Below are positions 34,743 through 44,061 of a stretch of DNA of 64,000 bases, piece after piece. Below the pieces are notes generated by a model. It ran no database searches and was not told the origin of the DNA. It worked only from the letters and a program-made list of their open reading frames with translations. The DNA is from Candidatus Omnitrophota bacterium (lineage in GTDB: Bacteria > Omnitrophota > Gorgyraeia > Gygaellales > Profunditerraquicolaceae), in contig JAKPTF010000061.1 in the NCBI GenBank assembly GCA_029571225.1, positions 3,051 through 67,050 of the forward strand. Direction: 5' to 3'. The position numbers and the translations under genes are program-made. Numbering within the stretch: the first letter of the stretch is position 1; each line of letters opens with the position of its first letter.

Positions 34743-35864
34743 CTATTTCTGCGGCGCGCTGACCACGGGTTTTGTTTTAAGCGTCGCCACTGTTTTGACC
34801 ACGCGGAATCCCACGACCTGGCGGCTCAAATAATCGTAGCTGCGAAAACGGTTGTTATAGACCTGCGGGTGGATAACCGTATCCATGACAAACGGAGGCC
34901 CCATGCCTTTGCGATACCCGGGGTCCAGAAGGAAACTGCCTCCTCGAAGCACCCTGGCTGCCTGAAACGTTTTGAAGACTGGCAGATTGAAGAACAGGTC
35001 CTGGCCTGCGCCTGCAGGATCGGCCTGCTTCGGATCTCCGGGATAAAAATCATTATACCAGTCGTTGCACCATTCAGCCACATTTCCTGCCATGTCGCAA
35101 ATACCGAGCTTGCTGTCGCCCTTGGGCGAATACGACCCTGCCGCCGCCGTATCCACGTCAACGGGGCGTTTCACGTTATGCCCCATATTGGCATAGGTAT
35201 CGTCGCCGGGGTCATTGCCCCACGGGAATGCCCGTCCGTCGTCATAGGTAGCGGCGTATTCCCATTCTGCCTCGGTTGGCAGGCGGTAGCCGGTCTTGCC
35301 GTAAACCTGGCATGACCAGTCATCGAGGTTGTAAAGCGTCGGAAACCCTTCCATCTCGCCGAGCATATTGCAAAAGAAGGCAGCTCCGTGCCAGGTGACT
35401 TCGACGACCGGAAAATCATCCTTGCCCGGGTGAGGCGTGAACTTGCCGTCGATGAACGCGATCTGCGAATGTTCGTCAAAAACATCCTGATATTTCTGCG
35501 GCGAACGGGATACTCCGCGCGCCTCGCGCTTCTTGGCTCCCTCTGCCAGCGCGGCCTTATCCAGGTATCCCTTTTTAAGAGCGAAATTAAGGACATCGCA
35601 ATACTGCCGGTTGGAAACCTCATATTTGCCCATGTAAAAATCATCAGTGATCGTCACCTCATGGACCGGCTTGGCATTCGGGAATTCATCACTGCCCATC
35701 CGAAACGTGCCGGCAGGGACCTTGATCATTTGAGAGATGACAATCTGCGATTCCGCTGTCTTGCTGCCCGGATCCGCCTGCTGTGAGAACGCCCGACGCG
35801 AAAGGCCGGAACTGATCAACCAGACCGCAAGAGCCGCGAACCCAAAGATGACCGCTTTTTTCAT
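34743..35864 (-). CDS. SUMF1/FGE (formylglycine-generating-enzyme fold) domain protein
   Basis: 373 aa with a signal peptide. VPAGTFRMGSDEF...HEVTITDDFYMGKYEVSNRQY...YRLPTEAEWEYAA...GNVAEWCNDWY...RVLRGGSF. Confidence 0.8.
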   Translation of the reverse strand: MKKAVIFGFAALAVWLISSGLSRRAFSQQADPGSKTAESQIVISQMIKVPAGTFRMGSDEFPNAKPVHEVTITDDFYMGKYEVSNRQYCDVLNFALKKGYLDKAALAEGAKKREARGVSRSPQKYQDVFDEHSQIAFIDGKFTPHPGKDDFPVVEVTWHGAAFFCNMLGEMEGFPTLYNLDDWSCQVYGKTGYRLPTEAEWEYAATYDDGRAFPWGNDPGDDTYANMGHNVKRPVDVDTAAAGSYSPKGDSKLGICDMAGNVAEWCNDWYNDFYPGDPKQADPAGAGQDLFFNLPVFKTFQAARVLRGGSFLLDPGYRKGMGPPFVMDTVIHPQVYNNRFRSYDYLSRQVVGFRVVKTVATLKTKPVVSAPQK

Positions 35865-35884
35865 GAAGACTCCTCCGATTATGA

Positions 35885-37507
35885 TTAGAATCCCAACCTG
35901 CAGCCGGAATTTTTGCCATCTTCGCTCTTCGGGAAGTTGGCGGCAAAACGCAGCGCCAGACGCAGATACTTCGGTTCCGGGCTCGACCAGACGCCGCCGC
36001 GGTTGCCCGCGCCTGCGCCGTCCTTGCCGGGCCAGTTGGCTACGTTTGCGAATCCTTCATCGTCAAGCTGTCCGTCGCCGTGCTTCGCGTCGTAGATACG
36101 GCCGAGCTCGTGGCCGATAGTGACGCAGCGTTCCCAGACATTGCCGGAGAGATTGCGCACGCCGTAATATGATGCTCCGTCATTGATCCTCTCGGGAACA
36201 CCCGCGACGCGAAGATTCTCAAATACCTCGCCCGACACCGGGCCTTCGAATCCCGGATTATCCGGTTTCTCTTTCTTGCCAACGTCAAACGGGGCGATGC
36301 CTCCTCCGAAGCACGCGTTGACCACGCCTTTCTGGGGGACCTTCTGCTCGTATCCCGACCCGTCAGCGCCGTCGAATGTCTCAACGCGGCCGATATTGGC
36401 GGTATCATCCATGGCAACGCCCCAGGCCAGCTCATTGGGGATCGCTTCATGCGGCCCGCGTGCCGCCTTCTCGTATTCCAGTTCGGTAATCGGCCTCAAC
36501 CCAGCCCAATCGCCGATCGCGGCGATATTTGACCAGGACATGAAATTTACCGTGCGCGCCGGCGCATACGTATAGAATTTTACCGGTTCGACAGTCCCGT
36601 TGCCTTTTTTCGCCGTGACAATAGCGTTGCGCAGATGTTCTTCCTCGCTGTTGGTCTTGACATAATAATTTTTGATCTCGTCGCCGGAGATATCGGCTTC
36701 AACCATGTTCTGCTGCTGTTTTCTCGTCAGCGTGTTGAGGAAATCGCAGAATTGCCGGGAGGTCAACTCGTATTTCATGATCCAGAACGGCCTGAAACCT
36801 TTGGGGAACTCCTTTGGTATCGTAAACGGCACCTCATCGCGGCTGCGGGGATTGTCCTGGTCGCAGAACAAAGCGCCTTCCTTTTTGTCAACAAGGATCG
36901 GGTCTTCTGAGGCGATCAGATACGCGCCATTGTTGGGATACGTATACAGCGCGTTATCCGGGCCGTCCGGGCCTTTCGGATCCCCGACATAATGCTTGTC
37001 TTTGGGTATATACACCATCTCAATGCCGAAGACGCGGATCGGCGCTTTCATGACCTCATCCGGGGTAAGGCCGTCTTTGACATAATCCCACACGAACCTG
37101 ACGTCCTTTGCCGCGACGCTGCCCGATCCCTTGAGCCTGAACAGGAAAAAACCGGTTTTTTCATCAGGAACCAGCATGCCGACATCCGGATCGCTCCCTT
37201 TTGAGAAACGTGCGGGCGTGCAGTCGGCGTAATTATACTGCGAGCCGCTCGCGGATTTCAGATGCACGTGCTTCCAGGCGCCGTCCGGAGCCCGGAACTT
37301 GGCGAAGATCCATACTCCGTCGGAATTGACATCGTTCTTCCACGCGTTATCCCAGAACACCGAGCACTGGATCGTCGCGGTCTTGCGCGCGGTATTTACC
37401 TCGCTGACAAGCACATTCTCTATCTTCAGATGGCTTGCATACGCAGGACAAAGCATGGTTGACAAGAGAATGACCGACAATATACAACCCAGCGGCGCTC
37501 TTCTCAT
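35885..37507 (-). CDS. SUMF1/FGE-domain protein with N-terminal beta-rich extension
   Basis: ORF starts at TTG 37540. Trimmed to MRRAPLGCILSVILLSTMLCPAYA (ATG 37507-37505) with SD GAGGAGGA 5 nt upstream. FWIMKYELTSRQFCDFLN...RPITELEYEKAARGP...GNVWERC...NRGGVW. Confidence 0.75.
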   Translation of the reverse strand: MRRAPLGCILSVILLSTMLCPAYASHLKIENVLVSEVNTARKTATIQCSVFWDNAWKNDVNSDGVWIFAKFRAPDGAWKHVHLKSASGSQYNYADCTPARFSKGSDPDVGMLVPDEKTGFFLFRLKGSGSVAAKDVRFVWDYVKDGLTPDEVMKAPIRVFGIEMVYIPKDKHYVGDPKGPDGPDNALYTYPNNGAYLIASEDPILVDKKEGALFCDQDNPRSRDEVPFTIPKEFPKGFRPFWIMKYELTSRQFCDFLNTLTRKQQQNMVEADISGDEIKNYYVKTNSEEEHLRNAIVTAKKGNGTVEPVKFYTYAPARTVNFMSWSNIAAIGDWAGLRPITELEYEKAARGPHEAIPNELAWGVAMDDTANIGRVETFDGADGSGYEQKVPQKGVVNACFGGGIAPFDVGKKEKPDNPGFEGPVSGEVFENLRVAGVPERINDGASYYGVRNLSGNVWERCVTIGHELGRIYDAKHGDGQLDDEGFANVANWPGKDGAGAGNRGGVWSSPEPKYLRLALRFAANFPKSEDGKNSGCRLGF

Positions 37508-37536
37508 AGTTCCTCCTCGTTTGAACCGGCCTTGAA

Positions 37537-38961
37537 TCAATGGCCAGGAACCTTGACTGACCTGTACTGCTCAAATCCCCCTGAACGGGCGCTCTGGAAC
37601 GCGCTCACCAATGCCCACACGGTGGCGAAGAGCAGCCCTGCTGCCAGAAAGTTGAATTGCGAACGGAACACGTCCGCGCCGGGGAACATTGATGCCGCCT
37701 TCAGGGCTACCGGCGAGAGGAATTGCCCCAGATAAATGCCGCAGCTGACAATGGCCATGGATAACGCACGGCCCTGCTCGGGCGTGATGCGCGCCACGCG
37801 CAAAAGCAGGATCGGCATGAGGATCCCCGAGCTGAACCCGATGAACAGCATGGATACCAGGACCCCGGTCAATGAGTATGTCCTGCCGAGAAGCGCGTAC
37901 CCCAGCGCCATGGAAGCGATTCCCAGAGCGGTGCAATACGGGCCGAAGATATGCAGTAACGCCGCAAGGATCACGCCCGACACAACTCCCACCATGGTCA
38001 TGGTCGACAGGTAGAATCCCGCGATGCCCGGCCTGCCGATCCGTTCTGAATGGATTGCGAGGCGGTCAGCCTCTTTGGTCACCAGGAATTTCCTCGACCG
38101 GTCCCGGATGACCCACGATCTGCCCGGTTCCTTGACCGAGAAAGTGGCCTTCTGTGAAAGCGTAATGCCGTTATTCCCAAACGACTGCCGGACCGATTCC
38201 GACAAAGTCCCTGCCTGAAGATGCGCTTCCAGTTCGGCTTTATCCTTGAACAAGGGCATCGTGCTCGTGTACATCTGCTGCTGGTTCTCGATGAACATGG
38301 CCAGGTTCGTCGGAGCGGCGTAGAACGCGACCATCATGAGGCTGCCGATGAAAGCACACCAGTATATCTGCCAGGGAAGAGCCACCTTCGCGCTGCCAGC
38401 CGCCTGCTTAACCGGAGGTTCAGGAAGCCAGAAAAACACCGTGACCATGATCAAGGCGGACAGGCCGTACACGCCGAACGCGTAGCGCCATGACATGCAC
38501 GCGAGCCATCCAGAAAGCAGCAGAAAAACCACGCCGCCGAAATGGGAAACAGAACCGGACAATCCCATCATCTTCGCCCGCTCCTGCTTTTCGTAGAAAT
38601 CCGCGATCAGGCTGATCGAAAGCGGGATAATCAATCCCACGCCGATGCCGAAAATGCCCCTGATGACCAGCAACTGCGTAATGCTTTTGGCAAAGCCGCC
38701 GCCGACCCCGCCCAGGAAATAGATTACCAGTCCTACCAACAGAATGGTCTTTTTCTGCATCCGTGACGCAAGCCACCCGCCAAGCAGGCTGAACGGTATG
38801 ATGAGCAAAGACGGCAGGGTAAGCACCAGTTTGATCAGGGTGATGTCCGTGCCCGGAAACGCCTGGCGGATCTTTGCCAGCGCCGGAGAGATCGCGGCCG
38901 ATGCCATAACGGTAAGCAGCGAGATGGACAGAATGCTTATCTTGACCAGCAATGAGCTCAT
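37537..38961 (-). CDS. MFS transporter
   Basis: 474 aa, 12+ TMs with a central ~70-aa soluble insertion. GGWLASRMQKKTILLVG loop motif. ATGA overlap with the upstream DJ-1 gene. Confidence 0.8.
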   Translation of the reverse strand: MSSLLVKISILSISLLTVMASAAISPALAKIRQAFPGTDITLIKLVLTLPSLLIIPFSLLGGWLASRMQKKTILLVGLVIYFLGGVGGGFAKSITQLLVIRGIFGIGVGLIIPLSISLIADFYEKQERAKMMGLSGSVSHFGGVVFLLLSGWLACMSWRYAFGVYGLSALIMVTVFFWLPEPPVKQAAGSAKVALPWQIYWCAFIGSLMMVAFYAAPTNLAMFIENQQQMYTSTMPLFKDKAELEAHLQAGTLSESVRQSFGNNGITLSQKATFSVKEPGRSWVIRDRSRKFLVTKEADRLAIHSERIGRPGIAGFYLSTMTMVGVVSGVILAALLHIFGPYCTALGIASMALGYALLGRTYSLTGVLVSMLFIGFSSGILMPILLLRVARITPEQGRALSMAIVSCGIYLGQFLSPVALKAASMFPGADVFRSQFNFLAAGLLFATVWALVSAFQSARSGGFEQYRSVKVPGH

Positions 38962-39557
38962 GTATTGCCTCCCTTAAGCAGCGACAAAAGCGCTGTGCCG
39001 AACTCCCCTGCCGAACCGGGGCCGTCCGCGGTCACGATATTGCCGTATATTTCCACGGGTTTGCCCGTGTAATCAACGACGCACGCCTTGAGATTCTCCG
39101 CTTCGGAAGGATACACGGTCGCCCGCTTATATTTAAGGATGCCGGCTTTTGCCAGGATCATCGGCGCCAGGCAGATAGCGCCTACGATTTTCTTTGCCTC
39201 GAACGCATCCCGGGCAAGCTTATGCGCGAACGGATCATCGATATACTGGACGGATCCCGACCCTCCGACGAATATCACTGCGTCGAAATCCTGGGCCCTG
39301 ACGTCCTTGAGCAATATGTGAGGCTTGACGGTCAGGCCGTTCATGCCAGTGACCTGCTCCAGAGTCGTTGAGGCAATGGTGACCGCGACGCCGTTATTCT
39401 TCAGAAGCCGGTACGGCTTCATGAACTCATCGTCCTGGAAATTCTTTTGGGCAATGATAAAAACGGCTTTTTGCGCCGCATATGCGCAAGCCGCGGACGA
39501 TAAAAAAACAACCGATGACAATACCAGTGCCGCCGCAACGGAAAATATTTTTTTCAT
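38958..39557 (-). CDS. DJ-1/PfpI-family protein (signal-peptide bearing)
   Basis: 199 aa. FDAVIFVGGSG...KIVGAICLAPMILAKAG (nucleophile-elbow Cys). Confidence 0.8.
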   Translation of the reverse strand: MKKIFSVAAALVLSSVVFLSSAACAYAAQKAVFIIAQKNFQDDEFMKPYRLLKNNGVAVTIASTTLEQVTGMNGLTVKPHILLKDVRAQDFDAVIFVGGSGSVQYIDDPFAHKLARDAFEAKKIVGAICLAPMILAKAGILKYKRATVYPSEAENLKACVVDYTGKPVEIYGNIVTADGPGSAGEFGTALLSLLKGGNT

Positions 39558-39569
39558 GGCATCTCCTGT

Positions 39570-41552
39570 TTATCGGATCGTTCGCACCGGCCTGAAAGGA
39601 TACTTACCCTCTTTTTTGCCCGCGTAATATCCGTCATACCCGAACTGAAAATTAACGCCCCAGCCGAACGTATCGCCGTATGTCGATGACGACCAGTAAA
39701 ATCCCAGGGGCGCGGTCTTTGTCCCGGGAAAAAACTGCTTGTGGAACCAGCAGCCGTCCTTGAACGAAAGGTCCAGGAGAGAGCCGATCTCCCGGATCGT
39801 GGGCAGACGCCAGTCCTTATGGCCCGCAAGGTCAAGATCATGGCAGTATTTAAGCGCCTCTTCCCAGTTCAATTCAGGGCCCTCGTCTTTTTTCCACATG
39901 AGATTCGAGTTTAGATCCGTGACCGTGCCGTCGCCATTGTCCCTGAACGCATACGCATTGATATCTCCAAAACACCTGCTGTATCCGCCGCGCACTGCCC
40001 GCACCGGGTAATATGAAGTTTTCAAATAACAGATCGCGCAGCCGTAGGCGAAATACACGCCCCAGCCGAAGATCGGCTCTTTCACATTGGAGTCTTTTGA
40101 CCAGTAGAACGCAGGCAGGCAGTCAGGGAAGAACTTCGGGTCGCACGCGGGGATCTGGCCGTTGTAATCAACCATCATGCGCAGCTCTTCTCTGGACGGC
40201 AGGCGCCAGTCGCGAAAGCCGCCAAAACCCTTCCTGTTTAATTCTTTGACATAGGCAAAAGCGTCTTCCCATGTGTAGCAATTGCCGCTGAAATTCACGT
40301 CGGATTCATCGGGCGATTTCACTTCCCAGATCAGGCCCGTATTGTTGTCCTTGACCATGCGCAGGCCTTTTTCCCAGGACGCGCTGTCTGCAAGTGCCTT
40401 GCCTTCAAGCCCGAGTTTGCTGAAAGAAAGCGGATGGATGGAATACGAGCCGTCCTGGCCGTAATATCTCTGCCCTTTTTTCGGCGCCTTGATGATATCG
40501 CCGTTTTCCGTGTAATTCCGCTTCTGGCCAGAATCCGGGAACCTGAATGCCGGTTTCTCAACAGGCGCAGCCCTGGCAATGTTGCGCACGGCGCGGAACA
40601 AAAGCTTGGCGTTTTTGGATGCATAATAGCCGTCGTATCCGAAACAGAAATTCGTCACCCACACGTAAATGCCTTCATACGGCGTTGACGAAAAATAATG
40701 CAGAAGCGGCGGCTTCAGGCCTTCGGCAGGAAAGAAATCCTTGTAATACCACCAGCCGTTTGTGTAATCAAGGTTGAGGATCGTGTTCAATTCCTTGAGA
40801 TTCGGCATGCGCCAGTCGTCATGGCCGGCAAGCCGCATTTCGCGGCAGGCCTTCATGGCCGAATACCAGTCCATGCGCTCGTTCTCGCCCTTTTGCCACA
40901 TCAGGCCAGTGATACTATCGGTGATTGTGCCGTCGCCATTGTCCTTGAAACGCGACGGGTCGGCAATGCCGTATTTCCGGTTCGCCCCTCCCCTGACCGC
41001 GCGCACAAAACGTTCGCTTGAAGGCGTATAGCAAATGCCGCTACCAAGGCCAAAGAACAATCCCCAGATGAACGGCTTTTGCATATTATAAGGGTTGACC
41101 GTCCAGTAAAGGTCGCTTTGCGTATGGGGGAAATAATCCGGGTCCACTGCGGGGTTCGTGCGTCCGTAATCGAGGATCGTGCGCAATTCGTCTTTATTGG
41201 GCATGCGCCAGTCGGAGAACCCGCCGTACCTTGCCTTGTTCAATTTCTTGATATATGCATCGCATGCCTTTTTCCAGTTATATTTGTCAGCGGTATAATT
41301 GATATCGCCTTTTTTCGGGGATTTGACTTCCCAAACCAGGCCCGTGTTATTATCCAGCACGGTGCGGAACCCGTCTTTCCACTGCGCTGCGTCGTCCAGT
41401 TTCTTGCCCGTCTTGCCGAGCTTGGTGAACGACATGGGATTGACGACAAAGCATCCGTTCTGTCCCCACAGTTCATCCCCGGGCTTTACGTCAGTTTCAA
41501 GCCCCTGCTTGTCATAACACTTGATGCTGCCCGCATCAGGCAATTTGAACAT
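39570..41552 (-). CDS. DUF1566 (Lcl C-terminal-like) repeat protein, four copies
   Basis: 660 aa. Four WR(M/L)P..(D/K/R)EL motifs: DWRMPNKDELRTIL, DWRMPNLKELNTIL, DWRLPSREELRMMV, DWRLPTIREIGSLL. Two (L/F)PD.G...CYD-type lead-ins. No obvious signal peptide. Confidence 0.75.
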   Translation of the reverse strand: MFKLPDAGSIKCYDKQGLETDVKPGDELWGQNGCFVVNPMSFTKLGKTGKKLDDAAQWKDGFRTVLDNNTGLVWEVKSPKKGDINYTADKYNWKKACDAYIKKLNKARYGGFSDWRMPNKDELRTILDYGRTNPAVDPDYFPHTQSDLYWTVNPYNMQKPFIWGLFFGLGSGICYTPSSERFVRAVRGGANRKYGIADPSRFKDNGDGTITDSITGLMWQKGENERMDWYSAMKACREMRLAGHDDWRMPNLKELNTILNLDYTNGWWYYKDFFPAEGLKPPLLHYFSSTPYEGIYVWVTNFCFGYDGYYASKNAKLLFRAVRNIARAAPVEKPAFRFPDSGQKRNYTENGDIIKAPKKGQRYYGQDGSYSIHPLSFSKLGLEGKALADSASWEKGLRMVKDNNTGLIWEVKSPDESDVNFSGNCYTWEDAFAYVKELNRKGFGGFRDWRLPSREELRMMVDYNGQIPACDPKFFPDCLPAFYWSKDSNVKEPIFGWGVYFAYGCAICYLKTSYYPVRAVRGGYSRCFGDINAYAFRDNGDGTVTDLNSNLMWKKDEGPELNWEEALKYCHDLDLAGHKDWRLPTIREIGSLLDLSFKDGCWFHKQFFPGTKTAPLGFYWSSSTYGDTFGWGVNFQFGYDGYYAGKKEGKYPFRPVRTIR

Positions 41553-41582
41553 ACAACCCTCCTGAAATCTTAGCGACGGTCA

Positions 41583-41978
41583 TTATTTCCCCATTATCTC
41601 GATCAATATCCCGTCCGGATCCTTGATGAAAAAATAGCGCCTGCCGTCGGCGAAGACGCGCAGGTCTGTTGCGAAACGAACTCCGGATTTCTTGAATTTA
41701 TTAAATATTGCTGTGATATTTTTTGTCTCAAGCGAAAAATGTTTGACGCCGAGGGTTCGCAGGTCATCATCAAGGGTCTTCCTATACTGCGGCAGCGGTT
41801 TTCGCTTCTTGAATTCGAATAATTCCAAGGCGATATTGCCCTTCTTGAGCAGAGCGATGGTCATCCCTTTGTCGCGAAACACGTATTTCTTATGCAGTTT
41901 CAATCCGAGATGCGTGCGATAAAAACTTATGGATCGCTGCAAGTGTCCTACGCTAATTCCCACATGTCCAAGTCGCAT
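41583..41978 (-). CDS. VOC/glyoxalase-I-family protein
   Basis: 131 aa. MRLGHVGISVGHLQRSISFYRTHLGLKL...KHFSLET...FIKDPDGILIEI. Confidence 0.8.
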   Translation of the reverse strand: MRLGHVGISVGHLQRSISFYRTHLGLKLHKKYVFRDKGMTIALLKKGNIALELFEFKKRKPLPQYRKTLDDDLRTLGVKHFSLETKNITAIFNKFKKSGVRFATDLRVFADGRRYFFIKDPDGILIEIMGK

Positions 41979-41986
41979 AACAGTTA

Positions 41987-42077
41987 TCGATCACGCAAGG
42001 GCTGTGTCACAAAGCGAGTTGCGCAGCCCGGAGGGCTGCGCCTGTCCGAGCGACTGACACAGCCCTTGCGGGATCGA
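41987..42077. repeat. Nested hairpin element: 16-bp perfect outer stem (23 bp with 1 mismatch) enclosing a 9-bp perfect GC-rich inner hairpin
   Basis: CGCAAGGGCTGTGTCA (41994-42009) pairs with TGACACAGCCCTTGCG (42055-42070). Inner hairpin GCGCAGCCC-gga-GGGCTGCGC at 42021-42041. No adjacent U-tract on either strand. Confidence 0.9.
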
Positions 42078-42085
42078 CCGATGTT

Positions 42086-43738
42086 CTACACTTTGCCAAG
42101 TCCGAATGGCGGATATACTTCCGACTCGACAACCACGTCTATGATCGCAGCCTTGCCGCACGCTAATGCTTTCTGGAACACAGCGTCGAAGTCTTCGATC
42201 TTTTCTACCCTGGCGCCGAAGGCCTTGCACGCCTGGGCATACTGCACGAAATCGGGGTTGGTGAACTGCATGAATGCCTGGTCGTTGAATAGGTTCAACA
42301 GGAACTTCTTGATGACGTTGAACTCTCCGTTATCGAAGATGACCCAAATCACCGGTATATTGTACTGGATCGCGGTCATCAATTCGAACCCCGCCATCTG
42401 ATACGCGCCGTCACCGCAGCCGCACACGACGACCCGGTCGGGATGAGCGCACTTGACGCCGATGGCGCCGTTGACATGGCTTGCCATAGGGCCGAAGCTG
42501 CCGGGGTTCTGATAAATCTGATTTCTCGTCAGGTGCATGTAGCAGTTCAGCCAGAGCATATGCGCTCCCGCATCGCCCATCACGAAGGAATTCGCGGGAA
42601 GATTCCGTGAGATCGCTTTTGCCAGGTCAGCAGGATGGATCTTCGCACCAGGCGCCTGCACCGGCCTGACTGCCCAGAGGTCTTTTTCGATTTTCTTCTG
42701 GGCAACCGTCTTTACCCGTTTTCCCAACGCCTCCGTCAAAGCGATAATCGCCGGCTTTGCGTCGCTGAAAACAGGACAATCAGCCTTGTAAACCTTGTCG
42801 ATCTCATGACGGTCGATATTGATATGGATCAGCACCTTGTCCTTCATCAGGTCAGGCTTGAAACCAAAGCTCCAGTTCTGGGCAAAGGAATTTCCGATGG
42901 CGAGGATCACTTTGGATCCAAGCAGGTATTTGTTTGCGCCCGGATCGCCCGATGTGCCGAATATGCCCACATATAACGGATGGTCTTCGGGGATGAGGCC
43001 CTTGGAATCCATGGTTGCTGAAAACGGTATCTGGAATTTCTCGGTGAGCGCCTGCGCGTCGCGTTCCGCATGGCTGCGCACGACGCCGTAGCCATAGACC
43101 GCACAAATCTGCTCGTTGTTCTGGATGGCCTTTGCCAGCGCATCCGCTGCTGCGTCGATCTCGGCCTGTTTCGGCAGGACCTTTTTGACATCAACCTTAA
43201 TCTGGCGGAAATTCTTCACCTGCATGATGGTCACATCTTTTGGCACGTGGATATGCACCGGGCCAGGCCGGCCTTCATAGGCGAGGTTGATCAATTCCTC
43301 AAGGATATCGCAGGTGGAATCGGGATCCTCGATGACCATGGATTTCTTTGTCGTGGCATTGAACATGGCCGGCGAGTCGGGAGTGCGTGATTTTCCGGTT
43401 GCCTCGTTCAGCGCGCCTTTGCCGCGGTCGCGTGCCGATGTATACCCCGAGATGCCCAACACCGGCAATGAATCGGAGTATGCGACCGCAAGGCCGGAGA
43501 ACAAGTTGAATTCTCCGGGGCCGCCGGTTGCGAAACAGACGCCGAGCTTGTCCGAGAACATGGAATAGCCGCACGCCATGAATGACGCTGCCTGCTCGTT
43601 GCGGATGATGACGGTCTTGATATGCGGAGATTTTTTCAAAGCCAGGAGCATCGAGCCGTTGACCTGGCCTGATCCGCCGAACACGTGGTCCACGCCGACA
43701 TGTTCGAGTGTTGCCACAATCGCCTCATTGACGTCCAT
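42086..43738 (-). CDS. Thiamine-pyrophosphate-dependent enzyme (acetolactate-synthase-like family)
   Basis: 550 aa. N-terminal TPP-pyrimidine domain (VDHVFGGSGQVNGSMLLAL...RNEQAASFMACGY...CFATGGPGEFNLFSGLAVAYSDSLPVLGISG). C-terminal GDGAYQM TPP-binding motif. Confidence 0.8.
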   Translation of the reverse strand: MDVNEAIVATLEHVGVDHVFGGSGQVNGSMLLALKKSPHIKTVIIRNEQAASFMACGYSMFSDKLGVCFATGGPGEFNLFSGLAVAYSDSLPVLGISGYTSARDRGKGALNEATGKSRTPDSPAMFNATTKKSMVIEDPDSTCDILEELINLAYEGRPGPVHIHVPKDVTIMQVKNFRQIKVDVKKVLPKQAEIDAAADALAKAIQNNEQICAVYGYGVVRSHAERDAQALTEKFQIPFSATMDSKGLIPEDHPLYVGIFGTSGDPGANKYLLGSKVILAIGNSFAQNWSFGFKPDLMKDKVLIHINIDRHEIDKVYKADCPVFSDAKPAIIALTEALGKRVKTVAQKKIEKDLWAVRPVQAPGAKIHPADLAKAISRNLPANSFVMGDAGAHMLWLNCYMHLTRNQIYQNPGSFGPMASHVNGAIGVKCAHPDRVVVCGCGDGAYQMAGFELMTAIQYNIPVIWVIFDNGEFNVIKKFLLNLFNDQAFMQFTNPDFVQYAQACKAFGARVEKIEDFDAVFQKALACGKAAIIDVVVESEVYPPFGLGKV

Positions 43739-43753
43739 GGTTGACCCCTGTTT

Positions 43754-43975
43754 TTATTTCTGCTGGTTGAATTTACCGACCGCCAGCTTGGGTGGGTTTT
43801 CCGAAAACAAAACGCCGTTGCACGCGGCATTATCGAGCGTGTAGCCGTCGAAGAAAAGATAGATCCGGTCCTTGGGCACTTTCGATATTTCGGAGAATAT
43901 GGTTATATATTTATCGGCGAGGACCTTCTTTTGCTCGTCGGTAAGTTCAAGGGAATGGATGATGATCGCGGGCAT
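43754..43975 (-). CDS. 4-oxalocrotonate-tautomerase-family small protein
   Basis: 73 aa. Begins MP (Pro1), then IIIHSLELTDEQKKVLADKYITIFSEISKVPKDRIYLFF, which matches the tautomerase beta-alpha-beta pattern. Confidence 0.55.
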   Translation of the reverse strand: MPAIIIHSLELTDEQKKVLADKYITIFSEISKVPKDRIYLFFDGYTLDNAACNGVLFSENPPKLAVGKFNQQK

Positions 43976-44019
43976 ATGCGCCTCCGGCGTTTATGAAGCC
44001 AATAAACTGATCGTGGGAC

Positions 44020-44052
44020 ATGCGGGCCGCTGCGAACTGCAGCAGCCCGCAT
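44020..44052. repeat. Intergenic hairpin (8+5 bp stem, no U-tract)
   Basis: ATGCGGGC-c-GCTGC gaact GCAGC-a-GCCCGCAT. Confidence 0.8.
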
Positions 44053-44061
44053 GATACTGTC

